Source of the DNA: the human T2T-CHM13v2.0 reference genome, Homo sapiens
DNA: 64,000 nucleotides
Assembly (NCBI RefSeq): GCF_009914755.1
Contig: NC_060928.1
Strand: one strand, 5' to 3'
Shown here: positions 24,335 through 36,776 of the stretch, in pieces
How positions within the stretch are numbered: the first letter of the stretch is position 1
Layout of the letters: each line of letters begins with the position of its first letter
Position numbers and translations under genes: made by a program
The notes under the pieces: generated by a model
Told to the model about the DNA's origin: nothing
The model's database searches: none
Seen by the model: only the letters and a program-made list of their open reading frames with translations

Positions 24335-27300
24335 ATGACAGGGTCAAATTCACACATAACAATATTAATCTTAACTGTAAATGGGCTAAATGCCCCAATT
24401 AAAAGACACAGACTGGCAAATTGGATAAAGAGTCAAGACCCATCAGTGTGCTGTATTCAGGAGACCCATTTCACCTATAAAGACACATGTAGGCTCAAAA
24501 TAAAGGGATGGAGGAATATTTACCAAACAAATGGAAAGCAAAAAAAGCAAGGGTTGCAATCCTAGCCTCCAATAAAACAGGCTTTAAACCAACAAAGATA
24601 AAAAAAAAGACAAAGAAGGGCATTACATAATGGTAAATGGATCAATCCAACAAGAAGAGCTAACTATCTTAAATATATATGCACCCAATATAGGAGCACC
24701 CAGATTCATAAAGCAAGTTCTTAGAGACTTAAAAAAAGACTTAGACTCCCACACAATAATAGTGGGAGACTTTAACACTCTACCATCAATATTAGACAGA
24801 TCAACAAGACAGAAAATGAACAACGATATTCAGGACTTGAATTCAGCTCTGGACCAAGCAGACCTAATAGACATCTGCAGAAGTCTCCACCCCAAGTCAA
24901 CAAAATATACATTCTTCTCAGCACCACATAGCACTTATTCTAAAATTGACCACATAATTGGAAGTAAAATACTCCTCAGCAGATGCAAAAGAACAAAAAT
25001 CAAAACAAACAGTCTCTCAGACCACAGTGCAATCAAATTTCAAATTAGAACTCAGGATTAAGAAACTCACTCAAAACTGCACAACTACATTGAAACTGCA
25101 CAATCTGCTCCTGAATGACTACTGGTTAAATAACGAAATTAAGACAGAAATAAATAAGTTATTTGAAACCAATGAAAACAAAGACACAATGTACCAGAAT
25201 CTCTGGGAGACAGCTTAAGTGGTGTTCAGAGAGAAATTTATAGCACTAAATGCCAACATGAGAAAGTGGCAAAGATCTATAATTGATACCCTAGCATCAT
25301 AATTAAAAGAACTAGAGAAGCAAGAGCAAACAAATTTGAAAGCTAGCAAAAGACAAGAAATAAGAAAGATCAAAGCAGAACTGAAGGAGATAGAGACACA
25401 AAAAACCCTTCAAAAAATCAATGAATCCAGGAGCTTGTTTTTTGAAAAAAAATTTAACAAAACAGATAGACTGCTAGCCAAACTAATAAAGAAGAAAAGA
25501 GAGAAAAATCAAATGGACACAATAAAAAATAATAAAGGGGATATCACCACTGTTCCCACAGAAATACAAATTAGCATCAGATAATACTATAAACACCTAT
25601 ATGAAAATAACCTGGAAAATCTAGAAGAATTGGATAAATTCCTGGACACTTACACCCTCCCAAGACTAAACCAGGAAGAAGTCAAATCCCTGAATAGACC
25701 AATAACAAGTTCTGAAATGGATGCAGTAATTGATAGCCTACGAACCAAAAAAGCCCAGGGCCAGACAGATTCACAGTCGAATTCTACCAGAGGTACAAAG
25801 AGGAGCTGGTACCATTCCTTCTGAAACTATTTCAAACAATAGAAAAAGATGGACTTTTCCCTAACTCACTTTATGAGGCCAGCATCATCTTGATACCAAA
25901 ACCTGGCAGAGACACAATAAAAAAAAATTTGAGGCCAATATCTCTGATGAATATCCATGTGAAAATCCTCAATAAAATACTGACAAACCAAATCCAGCAG
26001 CACATCTAAAAGCTTATTAACCATGATCAAGTGGGCTTGATCCCTGGGATGCATGGCTGGTTCAACATATGCAAATCAATACACATAATCCACCACATAA
26101 ACAGAACCAATGACCAAAACCATGTGATTATCTCAATAGATGCAGTAAAGGCCTTCAATAAAATTCAACACCCATTCAGGCTAAAAACTCTCAATAAACT
26201 ATGTATTGATGGTATGTATCTCAAAATAGAAAGAGGTATTTATGACAAACTCACAGCCAATATCATACTGAATGGGCAAAAGCTAGATGCATTCCCTTTG
26301 AAAACCAGCACAAGACAAGGATGCCCTCCCTCATCATTCCTATTCAACATAGTATTGAAAGTTCTGGCCAGGGCAATCAGGCAAGAGAAAGAAATAAAGC
26401 GTATTCAAATAGGAAGAGAGGAAGTCAAATTGTCTTTGTTTGCAGATGACATGATTGTATATTTAGAAAACCCCATCATCTCAGCCTAAAAACTCCTTAA
26501 GCTGATAAGCAACTTCAGCAAAGTCTCAGGATACAAAATCAATGTGCAAAGAATGACATGCACTCCTATACAACAATAATAGACAAACAGAGAGCCAAAT
26601 CATGAGTGAACTCCCATTCACAATTGCTACAAAGAGAATAAAACACCTAGGAATACAACTTACAAGAGATGTGAAGGAACTCTTCAAGGAGAACCTCAAA
26701 CCACTGCTCAAAGAAATAAGAGAGGACACAAACAAACGGAAAATCGTTCCATGCTCATTGACTTTATTCATGGATAGAAAAATCTACTTTAAATTTCATA
26801 TGAAACCAAGAAAGAGTTTGTATATCCAAGACAATCCTATGCAAAAAGAACAAATCTGGAGGCATTATGCTACCTGACTTCAAACAATACTACAAAGCTA
26901 CAGTAACCAAAACAGCATGGTACTGGTACCAAAACAGATATATAGACCAATGAAACAGAACAGAGGCCTCAGACATAACGCCACACTTCTACAACCATCA
27001 GATCTTTGACAAAACTGACAAAAGAAAGCAATGGGGAAAGGATTCCTTATTTAATAAATGATGTTGGGAAAAACTGGCTAGCCATATGCAGAAAAGTGGA
27101 ACTGGAGCCATTCCTTACCCCTTATACAAAAATTAATTCAAGATAGATTAAAGAATTAAATGTAAGACCTAGAACCATAAAAACCCTAGAAGAGAACCTA
27201 GGCAATACCATTCAGGACGTAGGCATGGGCAAAGACTTTATGAAAAAAACACCAAAAGCAATTGCAAGAAAAGCCAAAATTGACAAATGTAATCTAATTA

Positions 27301-28072
27301 AATTAAAGAGCTTCTGCAAAGCAAAAGAAACTATCATCAGACTGAACAGGCAACATACAGAATGGGGGGTTATTTTGCAATCTATCCATCTGACAAAGGG
27401 CTAATGTGCAGAATCTACAAGGAACATAAACAAATTTACAAGAAAAAAACAAGCAACCCCATCAAAAAGAGGGCGAAGGATGGTAACAGACACTTCTCAA
27501 AAGAAGACATTTATGTGGCCAATAAACATATGAAAAAAAGCTCATCATCATTGGTCATTAGAGAAATGCAAATCAAAAGCACAATAAGATACCATATCAC
27601 GCCAGTTAGAAAGGTGTGATCATTAAAAAGTCAGGAAACAAGAGGATGTGCAGAAATAGGAACACTTTTACACTGTTGGTGAGAGTGTAAATTAGTTCAA
27701 CCATTGTGGAAGAATGTGGCAATTCTTCAAGGATCTAGAACCAGAAATACCAATTTTCCCAGCAATCCCATTACTGGGTATATACCCAAAGGATTCCAAA
27801 TCATTCTACTATAAAGACACATGCACACATATGTTTACTGCACCACTATTCACAATAGCAAAGACTTGGAACCAAACCAAATGCCCATCAGTGGTACACT
27901 GGATAAAGAAAATGTGGCACATATATAACATGGAATACTATGCAGCCATAAAAAAAATGAGTTGATATCCTTTGCAGGAACATGGATGAAGCTGGAAACC
28001 ATCATCCTCGGTAAACTAACACAGGAACAGAAAACCAAACACTGCATGTTCTTACTCATAAATGAGAACTGA
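24335..28072 (+). pseudogene. L1 ORF2p remnant (endonuclease and reverse transcriptase), multiply disrupted
   Basis: MTGSNSHITIL start; endonuclease motifs CIQETH, IVGDFN, SDH; RT motifs RQGCP and LFADDM. Broken into many short ORFs. Confidence 0.95.
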
Positions 28073-28302
28073 ACAGTGAGAACACATGGACACAGGCAGG
28101 AGAACATCTCACACCAGGGCCTGTCAGGGGCTGGGGGGCTGGGGAGGGATAGCATTAGGAGAAATATCTAATTTAGATGATGGGTTGTTGGGTGCAGCAA
28201 ACCACCGTGGCACATGTATACCTACGTAACAAATCTGCACATTCAGCACATGAATCCCAGAACTTAAACTATAATTAAAAAAAAAAAAAAAAAACTTCTG
28301 GA

Positions 28303-31300
28303 CTTCTTGATCTTTTGAATAGATTTTTGTGTCTCAATTGCCTTCGGTTCAGCTCTGATTTTGGTTATTTCTTGTCTTCTGTTAGCTTTGGGGTTGATAT
28401 TGCTTCTCTAATTCTCTCGGTTGTGACATTAGCTTGTTAATTTGAGATCTTTCTAACTTTTCGATGCAGGCATTAAATGCTATGAATTTCCCTCTTATGA
28501 CTGCCTTACTTGTTTCCCAGATTCTGGTATGTTCTATCTTTGTTGTCATTAATTTCAAAGAACTTCTTGATTTCTGCCTCAATTTTATGATCTACCCAAA
28601 AGTCATTCAGAAGTATGTTTTTTTAATTTCCATGGAATTGCCCAGTTTTTAGCAATTTTTTTAGTATTGACTTCTATTTTTATCACACTGTGGTCCAAGA
28701 ATGTGTTTGATATGATTTCAGTTATTTTCCATTTGTTGAGGTTTGTTTTTTGTGCAATTATGTGGTCAGTGTTAGAGTATGGAGTATGTGTCATGTGGTA
28801 ATGAAGAGAATGTATATTTTGTTGGGTTTGGGTTGAGATTTCTGCAGAGTGCCAACAGATCCGTTTGGTCCAATATTGAGTTCAGATCCTGAATACCTTT
28901 GTTAATTTTCAGCCTTGACAATCTATCTAATGTTGTCAGTGTAGTGTTGAAGTCTACCACTATCATTGTGTAGGAACCCATGTCTCTTTGTAGGTCTCTA
29001 AGGATTTGCTTTATGAATCTGGGTGCTCCTATGTTGAGTGCACATAGAATTCTGATAGTTATTTTTGAATTGAACCCATTATCATTATTTTATGCTCCTC
29101 TTTTTCTTTTTTGATCTTTGTTGGTTTAAAGTCTGTTTTGTCTGAAGTTAGGATTGCAATTCCTGCTTTTTTATTTTTTCCATTGTCTTGGTAGATTTTC
29201 CTCCATCCCTTTATTTTGAGCCTATGTGCATCATTATGTGTCACATGGGTCTCTAGAAGACTGCATACTATTAGGTCTTTATTTCTCATCCAGCTTGCCA
29301 CTCTGTGGCTTTTAAGTGGGGCATTTAGCCTATTTACATTCAAGGTTAGTACTGATATGTGTGGATTTAGTCCTGTAACTATGTTGTTAGCTGGTTATTA
29401 TGCTGGCTTGTTTGTGTGCTTGCTTTATAGTGTCACTGATCTGTGTATTTAAGTGTGTTTTTTCATTAGCTGGTAGCAGTCTTTCTTTTCTGTATTTAAT
29501 GCTTTCTTTAGGAGCTGTTGTAAGGAAAGTCTGATGGTAATGAACTCCCTCAATATTTCCTTTTCTTATAAGGATCTTATTTCTCCTTTACTTAGGAAGT
29601 TTAGTTTGGCTGAATATAAAATTCTTTGTTGATTTTTTTTTCTTTAAGAATGTTGATATAGCCCCCCAATGTTTTCTGGTTTGCATGTTTCAGCTGAGAG
29701 GTCTGCTGTTAGCCTGAAGGGATTTCCTTTGTAGGTGACCTGCCCTTTCTCTCTGGCTGCCTTTAACATTTTTTCTTTTACTTCAACCTTAGAGAATCTG
29801 AAGATTATGTGTCTTGGGGATAATCTACTTGTGTAGTATCTTTCAGGGTTTCTCTGTATTTCCTGGATTTGACTGTTGGCCTTTCTCACAAAGTTTGGGA
29901 ATTTTTTATGGATGATATCTGAAATATGTTTTCCAAGTTATCTGCCTTCTCCCCTCCTACTCAGGGATGCCAGTGATTCATAGATTTGGCCTCTTTACAT
30001 AATCCCATATTTCTTGGAGATGTTGTTTATTTATTTTTTTCTTTTTGCTTTATTTTTGTCTTACTGTCTTATTTCAGACAGATTTCAAGTTCTGGGATTC
30101 TTTTCTCAGCTTGGTCTATTCTGCAATTAATACTTGTGATCGTATTGTGAAATTATTGTATTATGTCTCTCAGCTCTGTCAGAACTGTTAGGTAATTTTT
30201 GATACCAGATATTTTGTCTTTTGGCTCCTGTGTCATTTTATTGTGATTCTCAGTTTTTTGGATTGGGTTTTGCCATTCTCCTGAATCTCAATTATCTCTA
30301 TTCTCAATCATATTTTCAATTCTATCTCTGTCATTTCAGATAGCTCAGCCTGGTTAAGAACTTTTGTTCGAGAACTGTTGTGATCATTTGGAGAACATAC
30401 AAAACTCTGGTTATTTCTGTTACTAAAGTTCTTGAGTTGGTTCTTTCCATCTCTGTGTTTGAGTATTTTTTAACTGCAGTGTAGATTGAGTAACACTCGT
30501 AAACTTCTTCACTGGATGTTTTCACAGTACCCAAGCCTTTGTGCAGGGTCTTTATTTGGAGCTGACATCTTGTCTTTGGTTTCACAGAGGTTATATGAGT
30601 GAGGTATTTTTGGTGTTGAAGCTTTGGGGGTGTGATTCAGTAGGTGGCACTTAAGCATATTGGTCAGTTGGTAGACTTGCTGCGTTGTGTGGCTCCCCTA
30701 ATTTTCCTCACAGTTCCAGCTGTGTTTCCTCTCAATGATCTGAACATGTGGGCTCCTCTCCCCATTGAGTTCTAGCTATAGAATGTGGCTTGGCACTCCT
30801 GAACTGCCCATTGCAGCTCTGGGACAATCTCAGTGTTTATGTTTCTTTCCCAACTTGGAGGCAACAGAGGCAGGAACCTTAGCAGTGATTGTGGCCAAGG
30901 GTCTTTTGCTTCTCTCCTGGGTGTTCCACCCCAGTAAGATGCAGGTCAGTAATCTCTCAGTGCAATCAGTCCAGGAAGGAGGGTCTGTGCTCTTGGCCCA
31001 AGCCAGGGGTTCCCTTTCTGGTAATGAGTGGTGTGGGTGGATGGAACCCATAGGAGTTGGACTGGTCTTTTCTCTTTGGGTTGACTGCAGCTTGTTAAAG
31101 GTGTGGATAAGGCACTTAGAGTCTTTAGTTTTTTGTTAGTCTGTGGGTAGCAAGGGCAGTTCCACTGCAGAGGAAGTGGCAGAGAGGCTTTCAGTTGCCC
31201 CTGGGGGCTCTGTCTAGGGAGTTGCAGAGCTGCTAGTTGCTCAATAACCTTAGCAGGGGTGAATGGAGGCCCAGGCCTGGAGGACCTGCCCAGTAAGTTC

Positions 31301-31922
31301 CACCTCAGAGAGATGTAATGCTGCTGCTGATGGCTGGCTGGAATTCCAAGTCAATGGGTCTTGTCCTGTGTGGTGCCATGGAAGTGGGACCTGCAGACTG
31401 TCACTGCTAAGTTCCCTGGATTCAGCCCCTTTCCTATGGGGTATACCTAGGGGTCTAACCTCCTGCTTTGCTAAAGTTGCAGCTGCTTTTGCTGGGAAGC
31501 CCGGAAAGCCTAGGTATCTAAGGCCCCCCATGTGTGCCTGAGTGGCTGCTCTACTGAGACTCCATGTAACTGTGTGTCAGAATAAAAGCCCTGAGGAAGT
31601 GGGCTCATGAGGAAATCTCCCTACCTGAAGGTTGCAAAGATTCATGGGAGAAGCATGGGTTCCCAGGGTAACTTGCTTGCTCACCACTCCTTTGGGTGGT
31701 TTAGGTTCCCCCGGCTCTGTGTCACTCCAAGGTAGGCTATTGTCCTACCTTGCTTTTCTTCATTCTCCATGAGTTGAGTTATTTACTTGATTAGTCCCAA
31801 TGCATGTACCTTGATGTTTCAGTTGAAGGTACTGTATTTACTCACCCCTTCTGTTCTTCTCCATGAGAAGAACATACCAGCCACATACTAGCTGCTTCTA
31901 GTCAGCCATCTTGGCCACCCCC
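28303..31922 (-). mobile_element. L1PA15/16-like LINE, 5' part (endonuclease, ORF1, 5'UTR)
   Basis: Minus-strand fragments NVNRLNAPLKSHRVASW and KEKMLKAAREKGQVTYKGNPFRLTADLSAET. L1 5' terminus gggggtggccaagatggctgactagaagcagc on the minus strand. Confidence 0.9.
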
Positions 31923-33158
31923 ATTCTTTATTTATATTACTTCCTTTTGATTATTTATGAGTTTCATTCTCTTTGCCTGCATTACCCATTGAACCTTGCA
32001 TGTTATGTGCTTTTATATTTGGGCCATTAACTTAGGACACATAGTTATTTTAAGTGCCCTAAATACCTTGCCAAATAATTACATCTGTGTCATCACAAAT
32101 TTGATTCTAATGATTGCTTCATTTCATTAGACGTGCATATTTTTGCATTTTGATATGCCGTGTGATTTTTTGTTTTGTATTGATTAGTAGAAAATAAGGT
32201 ACATAGATCTTTATTGTGCAAATCAATGTTATTCTGGATACAAATTGGGCTATGTTTGATGTTTGTTTTAAGTATAGGGTCCAAAAGCTGCAACTTCCCT
32301 TTGTGTCCTCTCGACTTTAAGCTTCCCAAAACACCCTCCTTCAGTGACTGTCTCATCTCTTCTGCTGTAATCCACTGTTAGTTTAATGGAACTCAGTAAC
32401 TTTGGTAATATGGTGTGGGGTAGGGACAGTGTTCTAATATTTGTTATCCGTCTTTTTGATGATTTGTGTATCAGGTTTGTGAGCTTCACTAGTTTGTTTT
32501 CTTTTACTTCTCCCAATTGTAGCTTTCTTCCTCCCTCCACCCCTGCCCCACCACCAAACCCTACTCTTTTCCCTGACTGTAGTGTTCTCAATCCATATTT
32601 TTAAAAACCTTCTGGAAAAACAGTAAGGCTGGGGACCGCTTGAGTGCAAAGGCATTCCCTTTCCTCATATGAAATAAAGTTTTGAATGGCACTCTGACAA
32701 AGTTATTTTCCTTAGAGAGTAGGACTCTGTTACTGAGAATAATTTGGCAGTATATCACATAGTTACTGCTAGAGCCTTGAGGGAATCTTTCTAGTGTCCT
32801 CACCATAAAAACCCAAGGCAGGGTAGGGGTGGTTTCCTGGTGCAAAAGCCCATGAAAATGTGGTGTCCTCCAGGGATTTATAACTCACCCTCTACCAATT
32901 AATGAAAATAACAATTTAATGCTGCTGTCAGTTTATTGCTCCAGCCACTTCTGCTGCAAGTAAACAGATCTTAGTTGGTACATCTCTCTGGCTGCACCTA
33001 TCTCTCCAGTTGTTGGAGTGATGGGTTGTTCTGTGACTCAAATTTTCTAATGGTTCCAAGAAAAGTCACTAATTTTGTTTGTGTAATTTTTTGTTGGCAT
33101 AAAAATGGGAGTGAAGACTTCTCAGTTCCTTTTATGTTGGAGCTGAAATGAGAAGTCC
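31923..33158 (-). mobile_element. Old L1MC/MD-type 5'-end region
   Basis: Minus strand begins ggacttctcatttcagctccaacataaaaggaactgagaagtcttcactccc, matching the recalled L1MD/MC 5' terminus. Confidence 0.65.
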
Positions 33159-34321
33159 TACTCAGTCTCTTTTAAAGGTAAACTCACTGTAAGTGGTTTA
33201 ATTTAAAAGTAAAATAAAATGGATATTCATGTGTTGACTCTTTTGTCAGATATCTTAATTGAAAAGTCTGGATTATCTAAAATAATCTAATTAAGATACC
33301 TGAGAGTCAACCAAATAGAAATCCCCAAAAGTTTATTAACTTTTACTTAAAAAATAAAAACATTTTTGGAATAAAGAATTTGAAGAATAGTAGAAGTATA
33401 AAATACTCTGAAAAATGGCATCAGAATAGATCACAAGGTATTGATGTCAATACCTTACCAATTTTAATTACCCCTGCATTTTATTAGCAAACATTAAAAT
33501 ATTTATTTTCAATAAAGACATATGACTATGAAAGCTATAGTTTAATTTATTTTTGCTCTTTTGATTGATTTTGTTTTGATTGATTTAAATACTGTCCCAG
33601 AGAAACTTGCACAACTTTTGAAAAACATGGCCAGAGTTAATAATAATCCGCAGATTTCTCAAACAATTAGTAGCAACAATAGTTTATGATAAACTTTTGT
33701 TGTCTAGGAGATACCAAAACTTGAAGATTTTGGCAGATTTAAGTGAATATTAATTCAATCACAGGAGATTTTCAGGGCTTTATTAAATGTTACTAATGTA
33801 GATGCTTCTTTCCAAGATAAGCAAAGTAGAATCACACAGTATGTATTTGCAGATATTGAGTAAAAATGATTATCTAGTGAAAGAAAAGTGTGTGATTTTT
33901 TTTGCAAACCTCTCTTTTTATATTAAGTTCAAACAATTTCAACTAAATTAGCAATACAGAAAAATACAAAGTCAAGAAATGTTACATGTTACCATTTTGA
34001 GTATAAGCAATTTTATAAATAATTTTTAATGAAAGAAATTATAATTTGGTAATTTTGTGTATCATAATAACACACTATTAATTTATATATTGCCAAATTT
34101 TACTTCAAATGGGTATTTATTGATCTCAAAAAGGCAAGTTCCCTTTTTCTAAACATAAACATGTATTTCTGTCTAAAATAAATGTTTTTTAATTTGAATA
34201 TATTGGGAAGTTACTGTTAACATTATGACAGATGTATTTTATTTCATGGTTTTAAATATTTCGATGAGACATATAGATTAAAATTGTAAAGAAACATGAA
34301 AAAATAAAAATAGAAAATCAA

Positions 34322-34633
<312 letters not shown>

Positions 34634-34786
34634 TCATAATAATATGCTTAAGGGGTTTAATAGACAAGAATTAGTGCTATCTTTTTTTAAAATCAGAAAA
34701 CATTAATTTTATTTCTTTTTACTTCATTTTTAAAATTATATTTAGTTTTATCTTAGTGCTGCCTAATTACATGCCTAATAAGCATA

Positions 34787-34862
34787 GCCAGGTGCAGATC
34801 GTGCCACTGACTCTAGCCTGGGTGACAGAGCAAGAGTCTGTCTCAAAAAAAAAAAAAGAAAA
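34787..34862 (+). mobile_element. Mini-Alu (3' end plus poly-A) with TSD
   Basis: gatcgtgccactgactctagcctgggtgacagagcaagagtctgtctc followed by poly-A. Flanked by taataagcata / taataagcaca. Confidence 0.9.
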
Positions 34863-35702
34863 TAATAAGCACACAAAATACTAATATTAAAATGAATACA
34901 TAAATACTAATGTTATAATCTTATGTTTATAATTTTATCATAAAGTTTGATTATATAAATTACCCAAAAACAGCACTTAAAATACGTATTTTTTAAATAT
35001 ATTTAAGTAATTTAATTATATTATCAGCTTAATGAAATTTACAAATGTCTTAATTAGGCCAACTATTATTCTACTTGTAGAAGAATGTGTGTGACATTAC
35101 CTGTTACCAAATAGACTGTTAATTTATGTATTCAATTTTTTTTCTTTTTATGTAAGATAATGTCTCAGAATCCTCACAAAAACACCTACTCACATCTATT
35201 TTCATGTATAGGAACCCAGGTGCAGATATTTGAAATAATCCTAATTTTATGCCATTCTATATTATGTGCTAAAATTTTTTAAAAAATAAATATATTTTTC
35301 CTTTGTTTCTAAGTTTCTACTCCTAACCTATAATTATACTTCTTATATTTTGTTTGATATGCCTTTAAATCTGTACATAAATTGTTAAGCTATATATTTT
35401 TGCTTCATGTTTATAGGTTTTAAAGTTATATAAATAAGATATGCTTCAAATTTTACTTCCCTCATAATGTTTTCACTTAACAGTTTTTTAATATGTCCAT
35501 GTAGCCTGTTTCTTTTAAATGTTGCATAACATCAGTGGTATAAAATCTAAAATAGTTTACATAATCATTCTTTAAAAAGTAGTCAGCTAGGTTGCCCCCT
35601 AATCTATATTACCAAAAATAGAGCAATCTTTCTACTACTTACAAATGTAAGTAATTTGCATGAATTTGTCTGGGATGTAAGTTCATGATGAATTTGCTGT
35701 GT

Positions 35703-36776
35703 TGTAAAGTGCAGGAGATTTCTCCAGGTGGCCTTGAACTGAACTAGTTTTCCTCCTTTCTCACTTATAATTCTCAAGAATAACTGTGGAATGTGCTGGG
35801 AATGTAATATCCTCCATTAAGCGGAAACTAGCTGGAAGAGTTAAGGCTCTGCTCTAGTCCTCTAGGTCTCCAACCCCACTCCCCAGAAACTGATGTCTTT
35901 CATTGCATTAGCCCAGCAATTCCCAACACTGTGTAACTGAACGCAGGTCCGGATGCTCTACACTTACAGAGTCCAGTTACGAGCAAGTTCTGGGAGAAAG
36001 AAAGTGACTTTATTACCCAAAACTAGTAATGGGGAAATGTCTGATTCCCATCCAAAGCAACCACTTCAATTTTGGGGAAGAAAGCAGAGATTTAAAAAGA
36101 GGAAACTTGATAAGGAATGCATGCAGGAATTGTTCTGAGTACATTGTCTGTGTGTCTTGCACTGTGGCTATCATGGGTAACAGTCCACCTGGATCTCGGA
36201 CTGCTGTCATCTCAAAAATGTCAGAGTTGTTAACTACTGCCTTGAAGTAAACTCTGAAATTCTGCCACTGGGTCTCCAGGCTTGATTTTTGTGTCTCAAT
36301 ATTAGCCCCTGGAACTTCTAAGAAGGCACATAATTAGAAAATAGCATACAGTTAGATAAATGTGAATAGAGTATATATGTGGTGAGAAAAGGCGGGACAT
36401 GGAGTCTATTTGAAAGCAGAGAAAAAAGACTTCTTTAGTTTGCTTCAAGGTTATCTCTTGAAACCGAAGGGAAAGGAAAAAAAAAGTTTAAAGTGCATTT
36501 TGACGTTGAGTTGCCCGGTTACCCTTGGGGTACATAACTCAGAGATAGCTGCTTTCTGGGTTCTCTCAGCTGCGGTGCAAATGGGGCATGTGCAATTGAG
36601 ACTGTATCTGTATCTGCCCCAGACAGATTTTCTGAGCCTTGGAGGATCACTGGCCATGAATCCTAGGTTTCTGTTGTTCCTTGCTGCCTATCTGTTAGTA
36701 GCAGATGCACTTCATGTAACTTGTGGAGGGCAGGGAATGAGTTGTTAACCCATGCACATAAACAGGCTGCTTCACA
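35703..36776 (+). mobile_element. Solo LTR (LTR47-like), split by a second LTR
   Basis: TGTAAAGTGCAGGAG...aagaataactgtggaatgtgctgggaatg up to ~35931. Resumes at ~36524 and ends ggctgcttcaCA. Confidence 0.7.
35932..36523 (-). mobile_element. ERV1/MER4-group solo LTR (LTR29-like) nested in the previous LTR
   Basis: Inverted termini tgtaactg...cggttacc. Minus-strand AATAAA (tttatt ~36008). ~590 bp. Confidence 0.65.

Larger units (their letters stand above)
21912..28292 (+). mobile_element. Full-length L1PA7-like LINE-1 (inactive)
   Basis: 5' start gagggctggcaagatggctaaataggaacagc, then 5'UTR, ORF1, ORF2, 3'UTR and poly-A. Exact TSD aacttctgga at 21902-21911 and 28293-28302. Confidence 0.95.

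Noticed and set aside
23252-28072. Retrotransposition-competent L1
   Set aside because: Both ORFs carry many stops and frameshifts, and ORF2 has an internal deletion.
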